Assembly: GCA_964578155.1 (NCBI GenBank)
Contig: CAZOBQ010000002.1
Coordinates: forward strand, 1-52,871
Direction: 5' to 3'
DNA: 52,871 nt
Origin: an uncultured Lentisphaeria bacterium
GTDB lineage: Bacteria; Fidelibacterota; UBA8477; JABMPR01
Of the stretch, positions 29,983-37,809 are shown piece by piece; the first letter of the stretch is position 1, and every line of letters starts with the position of its first letter. The notes below the pieces were generated by a model. That model was not told where the DNA came from, did no database searches, and saw only the letters and a program-made list of their open reading frames with translations. The translations under genes were made by a program, and so were the position numbers.

Positions 29983-32900
29983 ATGAATAAAGCGAACTTC
30001 TTTACAGTGCTTTTGATCTCTGTCCTTGCGACATCAACACAGGCAGGTGACTGTAGTTCCTGCCATACGGACAGATCATATTCGTCTCTATCAAAATCAG
30101 CTGGGATTTTTCAAAAAGCGGTTGGGGTTATGGATAAAGGACAAATCCAAAACAACACAGGTAATTTCGGAACTCTCTCCAGCTTCCATGTCTATTTCAC
30201 CAATGCCTTGCATTGGCCCAGAAATGCCGATGACAATCGCCAATATAGTTTTGGTCTTGGATTAATGGTGGGCATCAATCAAAATGATGTTTTGGAGACA
30301 GAGACCCAATCCAGCTCGAAGATACTTGACTGGCTGCCTCCAGACAATGCTCTCAACACAGAGTATTCAGGTGAGATCAAAGCCATTTCTGATGACACGC
30401 CCTTTATGGCCTCCAGTGACTTGCTTAATAGTTGGCCCGACCTGGGTTGGCCAGGATATTTTCGGGTTGATATTAACAATCTTGATTCTGCCACCCTGGC
30501 TGATCATCCTGATGCTCTTACCCTTCCCGAAGCAGCCAATCAATTCAGTTCTGATCGTGATCTATTTTGCACATACAACGACCTTCAGAATCCACAGGGG
30601 AGTCATGGGCTTACTGTAGAACAAACGGCCCACACTTATGGCCGACCTTATGCTGAGGACATTATTTTTTGGGATTTTAAGATCTACAATGATGGACTTA
30701 AAGACTTGGACAGTATCTATGTCGGCTTCTATGCCAAATTTCGACCAGACTTTGATAACCACGACTATATCAATTTTGTGGACACCGACAAGGATGGACA
30801 GAAAGATTTTGTCTACGTCTATGATCTTAACAATACGACTGATGGTGTCTGGGCTGACACTGACGACCCACTGGGAATGGTTGGCTTGAGAGTTTTTGAC
30901 ACACCAGGGCAAATCGGCATTACTGATTTTCATCATTTTGCCAGAGCAGCTTCACCAAAGACCGACGAAGAATGGTGGGCTTTGATGACCAGCGACACCG
31001 CGGACACCAACCTTACGGATCCAGCCTTCTTTTTTCATGGAGATGATATTCACATAGACTATACAGGACTGGACTCTCTTGCGGAGGAATCCTTTTATCC
31101 AGCCTGGTCTGAAACAGAGAATGAAGAGGAGCGGGTTGGTAACGCCATCAATTATGTGGTCTCATGCGGCCCCTTTAATTTAAAACAAGACTCCATGGTC
31201 ACCCTTTCAATGGGTGTTATCATGGGTGACGCCGGAGATGTACCGGACAGTCCTGACTTCAGTGACCTTATGGAAAACGTCCAGACAGCCAACGAGATGT
31301 ACCGCTTGTACTTTCAGGGTTCAGGCCCACCTGATGCTCCAAGCGTTCATGCTGTTCCAGGTGATGAAAGGGTAACTCTTTATTGGGACTCAAGTCCTGA
31401 ACAATCTATTGACGCATGGACAGGTGAAGCAGATTTCGAAGGCTATAAAATTTTCCGCAGCTCTGATATGGGAATTAGCTGGGGAAAAGTTGTTACAGAT
31501 GTCTACGGGAACGGAGTTGGTTACAATCCCATTGCCCAATTTGACTGGTCTGAAGAAGAGGACCGGGACAAATACGGTGTAAATGTTTCCGGAAATGATC
31601 CTGCTTTTCCACAAAGCCTGGGTGAGAACTCAGGTCTGGTTCACTCATTCACTGATTCAAACCTGGTCAATGGTGTGGAATACTGGTATTCCGTTTGCGC
31701 TTATGATCGAGGAAGTCAAAATCCGGACAGCTTGGTTCAATCATATATGAATGCTATTGGAGCCTCTCCTTTTGAGAAGCATACCGTGACCGTAACGCCA
31801 GGCAGACTGGCTTCCAATTTGACATTTGGGCAACTTGAACCTATTGAAGGGGATTGTGAAGGAACTGTCAGGCTTGAAGTCGAAAACTCTGATTTATTAA
31901 AAGATCACGACTATAAAATCACATTTAGCTGGGACATTCCCTACGTTGATGCAGCAGGGGACACCGCCGTTGGTACCGGATTAACGCTGGTTGATATCAC
32001 AGAACTGGACACTCTGGTTCACAATCTAATTATTGGTGCTGACACGGACACTAACGTGGTTGCGGTAGATGGGTATTTACTGTATTTGGAAGATGCTCCC
32101 CCTGGAGTAAAATCGATGGGCTGGACAAAAGCTGCCAATGATACATGCACTTTTGATTGGCGTACCGTTAGTGTTGAACCAGGATCGAACATGTTTTACC
32201 AGGAAGAAATAGTGACCTTTGATGATTGGCGAATCACCGTTGATTCTACTCAGGCCGACTCCCTACTCTGGATTGATCTCTTCTCCGGGACGCTTCAGCC
32301 CGAAAAACAGCCCGTACCAATCAAAATTGAAATTGTGACTGACCCTTATAATATTAAAAAGGCTACGAGCACGAGTTATCTAGGTGAATTTGCGATTTTG
32401 GGTCCCTGGGAAGAATATAGAAAAGAGTTTTACAGTCAACTGGGATGGGATCTTGTGCCAGGAGGGACCGGATATAATGCCGCCAGCCCTGGTTGGTATG
32501 AAAAGCATGTAGACATATTAATTTTAGAAACGCCTGATACCTCAAGAGCAACAGGCGAGGCAGTTCCCAACTATATGTATCTGTTTACGAATAATAAACC
32601 AGATACCTCAGGAACAGCCATCGGTGATACACTGATAATTGAGGCAAAAGCACCTTCTGAGGGAGATGAGTTTACCATTATAACGAATAAGCGTTTTGGT
32701 CCTTTAGTTAGCTATACTTTTAACCCTCTAGGAAAAACCAACACTGGCGAAACTGCAGCTAACCCATTAGAAAAGCTAAGCGTCGTTCCCGATCCTTATA
32801 TTGTCAGCAATATCTGGGAGACTAGCGAGTTTGGTAAACGCCTCATGTTCAACCACCTACCCTCACGATGTACTATAAGCATATATACGATTGTAGGAGA

Positions 32901-33075
32901 ATTGGTGGATACTGTTGAACATGAAGAAGGTGAAAATGGCGATAGTGCCAATGGTTATGTTTTTTGGGATATGCGCACAAAGAATGATCAATTCATAGCA
33001 CCTGGAGTTTATCTGTACCATGCTGAAACACCGGACGGGAATGAAACCGTAGGAAGGTTTCTGGTGATCAAATGA
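29983..33075 (+). CDS. Large secreted protein of unknown function (1030 aa) with CxxCH after the signal peptide and an Ig-like, T9SS-CTD-like C-terminus
   Basis: Signal peptide MNKANFFTVLLISVLATSTQA, then GDCSSCH. FN3-like stretch (FEGYKIFRSSD...VEYWYSVCAYD). C-terminus VVPDPY...CTISIYTIVGELV...GVYLYH...GRFLVIK. Confidence 0.7.
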   Translation: MNKANFFTVLLISVLATSTQAGDCSSCHTDRSYSSLSKSAGIFQKAVGVMDKGQIQNNTGNFGTLSSFHVYFTNALHWPRNADDNRQYSFGLGLMVGINQNDVLETETQSSSKILDWLPPDNALNTEYSGEIKAISDDTPFMASSDLLNSWPDLGWPGYFRVDINNLDSATLADHPDALTLPEAANQFSSDRDLFCTYNDLQNPQGSHGLTVEQTAHTYGRPYAEDIIFWDFKIYNDGLKDLDSIYVGFYAKFRPDFDNHDYINFVDTDKDGQKDFVYVYDLNNTTDGVWADTDDPLGMVGLRVFDTPGQIGITDFHHFARAASPKTDEEWWALMTSDTADTNLTDPAFFFHGDDIHIDYTGLDSLAEESFYPAWSETENEEERVGNAINYVVSCGPFNLKQDSMVTLSMGVIMGDAGDVPDSPDFSDLMENVQTANEMYRLYFQGSGPPDAPSVHAVPGDERVTLYWDSSPEQSIDAWTGEADFEGYKIFRSSDMGISWGKVVTDVYGNGVGYNPIAQFDWSEEEDRDKYGVNVSGNDPAFPQSLGENSGLVHSFTDSNLVNGVEYWYSVCAYDRGSQNPDSLVQSYMNAIGASPFEKHTVTVTPGRLASNLTFGQLEPIEGDCEGTVRLEVENSDLLKDHDYKITFSWDIPYVDAAGDTAVGTGLTLVDITELDTLVHNLIIGADTDTNVVAVDGYLLYLEDAPPGVKSMGWTKAANDTCTFDWRTVSVEPGSNMFYQEEIVTFDDWRITVDSTQADSLLWIDLFSGTLQPEKQPVPIKIEIVTDPYNIKKATSTSYLGEFAILGPWEEYRKEFYSQLGWDLVPGGTGYNAASPGWYEKHVDILILETPDTSRATGEAVPNYMYLFTNNKPDTSGTAIGDTLIIEAKAPSEGDEFTIITNKRFGPLVSYTFNPLGKTNTGETAANPLEKLSVVPDPYIVSNIWETSEFGKRLMFNHLPSRCTISIYTIVGELVDTVEHEEGENGDSANGYVFWDMRTKNDQFIAPGVYLYHAETPDGNETVGRFLVIK

Positions 33076-34088
33076 GAAAACTACTACTCCTTTTGTGCTG
33101 GTCCAGTTTGATCTTTGCGGATTTTGACAAGGTTGCGACAACCAATGCACAGTTTCTAAAATTCGGTGTGGGACCCAGGGCCATGGGAATGGGCGGCGGA
33201 TTTGTTGCCCTGGCAAATGACGGTACAGCAACCTATTGGAACCCTGCTGGATTAACATCCCTGAAGACGATGACATCGACACTCAGTCACAATACATGGG
33301 TGCTTGATATTAAGCATGATTTTTTATCCCTGGTCTTACCAACCAGAGAAAATGAGTGGATTGGCCTCTCTGCTTCATCGCTTACCATGGGTGAGCAACT
33401 GGTTCGGACTGAGCTAGATCCAGACCCTGAACCTGACGGATTAACATATGGTGTCTCTGACATGGCAATTGGGGTTAGTTATGCGAGATTAATTACAGAT
33501 CGACTCTCGTTTGGTATCACCGGAAAATTTATCCACCTTACTGCATACAACGAAAAGGCCAGTGCAATGGCCATAGATATCGGATCAATCCTGAGAACTG
33601 ATTTTTATGGTCTTAAAATTGGAATGGCCTTATCCAATTTTGGTAATGACCTGAAGTATGAAGGTCGTGATTTGATCGTCAAGGCAGATATTGATGATGA
33701 CCTTGAAGGCAATTATTTAAATGATGCAGACCTGCAAACCGAACCCTGGCCATTGCCTCTCATGTTTCGAATTGGTGTTGCCATGGATCTCATTGGAGTA
33801 GGTGATGCTGTCTTACAAAGTGACGTTAGTCGTATGACCTTCACTTTAGATGCTGATCATCCAAATGATGGACCGGAGCATTTAAATTTTGGTGTAGAGT
33901 ATGGTTTTCGAGAACTGATTTTTTTGCGGGGCGGATATCGCCACAATTATGATCTGGAGACATTTTCCATGGGGGTTGGTATCAAGATTCCGCTCTCTGG
34001 ATCAAACCGGATCAAGCTTGACTATGCTGTAAAACCGATGGATGTTTTTGGGAATACCTCAATTCTCAGTATTGAGTATAGTCGGTAG
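33072..34088 (+). CDS. PorV/PorQ-family outer-membrane beta-barrel protein
   Basis: TTNAQFLKFGVGPRAMGMGGGFVALANDGTATYWNPAGL is the family N-terminal signature. ATGA overlap with the upstream stop. Confidence 0.75.
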   Translation: MRKLLLLLCWSSLIFADFDKVATTNAQFLKFGVGPRAMGMGGGFVALANDGTATYWNPAGLTSLKTMTSTLSHNTWVLDIKHDFLSLVLPTRENEWIGLSASSLTMGEQLVRTELDPDPEPDGLTYGVSDMAIGVSYARLITDRLSFGITGKFIHLTAYNEKASAMAIDIGSILRTDFYGLKIGMALSNFGNDLKYEGRDLIVKADIDDDLEGNYLNDADLQTEPWPLPLMFRIGVAMDLIGVGDAVLQSDVSRMTFTLDADHPNDGPEHLNFGVEYGFRELIFLRGGYRHNYDLETFSMGVGIKIPLSGSNRIKLDYAVKPMDVFGNTSILSIEYSR

Positions 34089-34109
34089 TTTTGAAGAATA
34101 AATAGTTAA

Positions 34110-34146
34110 GCCCTCGCATTGTTTAGTCAGTGCGAGGGCTTTTAGT
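34110..34146. terminator. Bidirectional rho-independent terminator between convergent genes
   Basis: GCCCTCGCA (34110-34118) pairs with TGCGAGGGC (34131-34139), followed by TTTTAGTTTT. Confidence 0.75.
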
Positions 34147-34147
34147 T

Positions 34148-34867
34148 TTATTTTACTGCGCTGTAAATGGTAGTAACCCCAAAGGTCAGATCACGATGGC
34201 TCACCTGAGAAAAGCCCTCACTACCAAGCAAAGCCTTAAAATCAGTACGGTCTGGAAAATGACGGACTGATTCAGGCAGGTAGCTATATGCTGATTTACT
34301 GGACATCAATCCGGCGAGTTTGGGTAGAATATGGTCAAAATAGAAACGGTAAAGACGTCCAAAAAACCAACCCTCAGGTTCGGCGAACTCCAATATTGAT
34401 AAACGCCCACCTGGTTTTAAGACACGGTAAAACTCCGCCAGAGCAGCTGAAATAGTACCGACATTCCGAATACCATAGGAAATACTCAAAGCATCAAACT
34501 GACTATCCTCAAAAGGGAGCTTCTCTGCGTCGCCCTGGATCACATCATATTTATTGCCCAACTGACGAGCATCGATCTTTTTCTGTGCCAGTTCTAACAT
34601 GTTGGCAGAAAAATCTAGTCCAGTGACGTGAATGTCGGCTGCTTTGAGTGCTGAAAAGCCCTGGTCTCCAGTACCGCAGGCAACATCCAATAAACGATTC
34701 CCATCTTTTAGGTCAAGAGCATTGACAGATTGTCGTCTCCAGTAGTGATCAATTCCGAGACTGAGAAAGTGATTCAAAAAATCATAACGCTTAGCAATAC
34801 CGTCAAACATTTGTTGGACTTGCTCTTTTTTTTCATCACCACTATGTATAAACTCAGATTGAGACAT
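34148..34867 (-). CDS. ubiE: Demethylmenaquinone/ubiquinone C-methyltransferase
   Basis: VQQMFDGIAKRYDFLNHFLSLGIDHYWRR plus the SAM motif LLDVACGTGD. Confidence 0.9.
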   Translation of the reverse strand: MSQSEFIHSGDEKKEQVQQMFDGIAKRYDFLNHFLSLGIDHYWRRQSVNALDLKDGNRLLDVACGTGDQGFSALKAADIHVTGLDFSANMLELAQKKIDARQLGNKYDVIQGDAEKLPFEDSQFDALSISYGIRNVGTISAALAEFYRVLKPGGRLSILEFAEPEGWFFGRLYRFYFDHILPKLAGLMSSKSAYSYLPESVRHFPDRTDFKALLGSEGFSQVSHRDLTFGVTTIYSAVK

Positions 34868-35090
34868 GCTTCTTTTTCCTTATGACTGCCTTTAATCTTT
34901 ACACACAAGCATGTGATTCCAAGCAAATAGATATCCCTATTTTATTATATACTGATAAGTTTTTGAAGATTTAAGGTTAGCCGGAGAGGGTAATAAAAAT
35001 AGTTAGATAGCTCTTTGTCATTTCTATATTGAAGAAGTGGTGGAGTGAGGGTTATCGACGAAAGAAAAAATTGACAAGGATTTACGCGGG

Positions 35091-36476
35091 GTGAACAATA
35101 ATAGATTGACAAGAATAGCGATGCTGGCGATGCTATTTGTCTTTGGTGCTGAAGCACAAACTTTAGATGACAAATGGGGCGTTGGGTTAAGCCTTGGGTC
35201 ACAGCATTACAATGGAGAATACGGGAACGGTTTATTTAATCCGCTTCAGGGCGAGGGTTTGTATGAGTTTACCGTTGCCAGAAACATTAATGAGAAATTT
35301 GATGTTGTCTGGACCTTTGGTGCTGGAGAAATTGCCTACGATACTGGTTCAGCTATCAGCTTTCACCGCAACGTGAATCAGATGAACCTCAGTTTGAAAT
35401 ATTATATCCCAAAAACGCTTTATCCAAAATATAGTCATCCAAAGCTAGACCCCTTTGTCTTTGGCGGGTTGGGTGTTATGCGCTTTTCTGCTAAACCGAC
35501 CGTGAACGTGCCCTCCCTGTATAGTATGCAATTACCTGATTTTGGATTGGGTGTTACGTTTAAGCTTTCACCAGGCGCCAATCTTGTCATGAAAGAAACA
35601 TTTATTTTCTCCAACAGTGATGAAGCAGACCTGAGAATTAGCGACGGCAATGACTTTTACGCTCAATATACAGTAGGAATTGTTTTCAGTTTTGGTGGCC
35701 GTGAGGATACCGATGGTGATGGGGTTGCTGACAAAAGAGATGAATGTCCGGATCACTTTGGTCCAGCTTCGCTACTTGGATGTCCTGACTCAGATGGCGA
35801 TGGGGTATCGGATAAAAATGATTTTTGTCCTGATGAAGTTGGCACGTGGGAAATGAACGGTTGTCCAGATTCAGATGGTGATGGAATTTCTGACCTACAG
35901 GACTCCTGCCCGGATCAGGTTGGACCAGTATCGTTTGGCGGTTGTCCGGATACAGATGGTGATGGCATCGCTGATAATTATGACCCATGTCCTGACGAAA
36001 TCGGATCTGATGCAATGAATGGCTGTCCTGATATTGATGGAGATGGCATAGCTGACAAAGATGATGCCTGTCCTGGTATTCCCGGCTCATTAGAGAACAA
36101 AGGTTGTCCGGAAATTGAAGAAGAAACCACAGATTTATTAGAACAAGCCCTGCACGATGTGAAATTCCAAGCTGGAAATGATGTTCTAACCCAGTCTTCA
36201 TACGATATTTTGGATAATCTGGCTGAAATTCTCAACAATCATCCAGAGTACAAACTGGCTATCAAAGGCCACACTGATTCACGAGGCAACGACAATGGGA
36301 ATCTAAGATTATCTCAAGAGCGAGTTGATGCTGTGCTGCAATTCCTTGCCGAGAGAGGTATTGCAGGAGAGAGAATGAAAGCCACTGGCTATGGTGAAAC
36401 TCAACCTATTGCAGACAATAGAACAGCTGCGGGTAGAGCCACCAACCAACGAGTAGAATTGACCATTGAGTTTTAA
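35091..36476 (+). CDS. OmpA-family outer-membrane protein with thrombospondin type-3 repeats
   Basis: Signal peptide, N-terminal barrel, 5-6 DxDGDG(V/I)xD/CPD repeats, C-terminal OmpA-like domain (IKGHTDSRGNDNGNLRLSQERVDAV...NQRVEL). Confidence 0.9.
   Translation: MNNNRLTRIAMLAMLFVFGAEAQTLDDKWGVGLSLGSQHYNGEYGNGLFNPLQGEGLYEFTVARNINEKFDVVWTFGAGEIAYDTGSAISFHRNVNQMNLSLKYYIPKTLYPKYSHPKLDPFVFGGLGVMRFSAKPTVNVPSLYSMQLPDFGLGVTFKLSPGANLVMKETFIFSNSDEADLRISDGNDFYAQYTVGIVFSFGGREDTDGDGVADKRDECPDHFGPASLLGCPDSDGDGVSDKNDFCPDEVGTWEMNGCPDSDGDGISDLQDSCPDQVGPVSFGGCPDTDGDGIADNYDPCPDEIGSDAMNGCPDIDGDGIADKDDACPGIPGSLENKGCPEIEEETTDLLEQALHDVKFQAGNDVLTQSSYDILDNLAEILNNHPEYKLAIKGHTDSRGNDNGNLRLSQERVDAVLQFLAERGIAGERMKATGYGETQPIADNRTAAGRATNQRVELTIEF
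35703..36113 (+). repeat. In-frame tandem TSP3-type calcium-binding repeats inside ompA-family gene
   Basis: Repeated GCPDxDGDG(I/V)(A/S)D...CPD units visible in both the protein and the DNA. Confidence 0.85.
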
Positions 36477-36769
36477 TGGTTGACGATTTCCCCAGAGGCT
36501 GGAACTCTGAGCTCCAGCCTCTGGGTTTTACTTTCAAAATGATTCACGATGTACTGGTTTTTCACGGCTCGGCGGACGCCAGTGTGAGTATGGAAGACTT
36601 TGCTAAACTCGCTGTTGATCTTGAGTCTCCACAGATTTCTCACGAAATGATAGCCTATAGTGGTGCGCCACATGCATTTACAGTATTTCGTTCAGAGCGC
36701 TACAGGAAAGATGCTGATAAAAAATCATGGAGCCGATTCACCCAATTCTTAAAAGAAGTTCTGGATTAG
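36476..36769 (+). pseudogene. Dienelactone-hydrolase-family fragment (C-terminal third only)
   Basis: VLVFHGSADASV...YSGAPHAFT carries the Asp and His regions of the alpha/beta-hydrolase triad. The ORF is only 97 aa and lacks the nucleophile segment. Its ATG overlaps the ompA stop (TAATG). Confidence 0.55.
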
Positions 36770-36779
36770 AGAGCCTTCT

Positions 36780-37502
36780 GTGGGTAATCTAAATTTAAAA
36801 CAGGACCAGTTTATCTCTGCCATGGAGCGATATTATTCCATGAAGATATACGGTTATATCGGAAAGCTAGTCTCGATCACCAATGTATCACTGCAGATGA
36901 TTCTGGCTTATCTAATACTGCGAATTCCAATTGATCCCCTTTCTCAGGCATTGACTTTTCTTGCTGCATACTTTTTGACAGACTTTATTAATGGTCTGGT
37001 GCACATGATTATGGATCACAACGAAGATTACGAGTCCGTATATGGTCCTCTGGTCGCCAGCTTTCATCTTCACCACCAAACCCCCAAATACACAAAAAAG
37101 TCTCTACCGGTAGTTTATTTTAATGAAACAGGAGCTAAAATATGGTTGGCCCCCTTTCTGTTTCTGGTTCTCTTCCTTGTTGTACAGACAGGTCTGGATC
37201 CACTAGTATTGCATCTTTTGCTCTATATTGGTCTACTATCATCGTTTGCAGAGGTCTCTCATTATTTGTGCCACACATCTGATTCCAAAACAGTTAACTA
37301 TTTAGGTCGAGTTGGAATTCTACTTTCAAGGGAGCATCACGCCCTGCATCATGAACTGGATAATAAAAATTATGCCTTTTTGAATGGCTTAAGTGACCCC
37401 CTGATAAACAGAATAGCGACAGCATTTCTCGAGGGCTATAAAAACACAACTGACCAACACTATGCTTACTACGTGGCAGGCGCCGCCAATAAACAACGAT
37501 AG
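36780..37502 (+). CDS. TMEM189/CarF/FAD4-like membrane lipid desaturase family protein
   Basis: Multi-TM with histidine boxes HMIMDH, HLHHQ, SHYLCH and EHHALHH. Start uncertain (GTG 36780 or ATG 36822). Confidence 0.55.
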   Translation: MGNLNLKQDQFISAMERYYSMKIYGYIGKLVSITNVSLQMILAYLILRIPIDPLSQALTFLAAYFLTDFINGLVHMIMDHNEDYESVYGPLVASFHLHHQTPKYTKKSLPVVYFNETGAKIWLAPFLFLVLFLVVQTGLDPLVLHLLLYIGLLSSFAEVSHYLCHTSDSKTVNYLGRVGILLSREHHALHHELDNKNYAFLNGLSDPLINRIATAFLEGYKNTTDQHYAYYVAGAANKQR

Positions 37503-37809
37503 ACGAGAAGACTTCAGGAGAGAACCGAAATGAAACTGATACAAAAGTTGTTATTGACCCTATTGAGTCTGTCTCTTCTTCAAAGATGTGCAAACTTATA
37601 TACGCCCCCGAATCACTTTTTTTCGAGATCATCCTGCAGGTGGACAGGAAGCTTTTTTGCCTGGGGACACCCGGTTTTTATGGATGGTAGAGTGGTGTCA
37701 AACGAATTGCAGCTTTGATAAACCACAGTCACGTTTAATATTTGATGTATTAAAGCAGGAATAAAAAACTGGATAATCCACTAATCTTGAAAGATAGAGA
37801 TTTAGAGAT

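Noticed and set aside
30026-30936. Cluster of 71-124-aa alternative-frame ORFs inside the 1030-aa gene.
   Set aside because: All are nested in one continuous 3.1-kb reading frame with a signal peptide and a CTD-like end, so they are treated as frame shadows.
35686-36201. 171-aa His/Gln/Pro-rich ORF on the minus strand, plus 35978-36238.
   Set aside because: It lies entirely antisense to the TSP3 repeat region of the ompA-family gene. Its low-complexity composition is the mirror of the GAT/GGT-rich repeat codons, so it is a shadow ORF.
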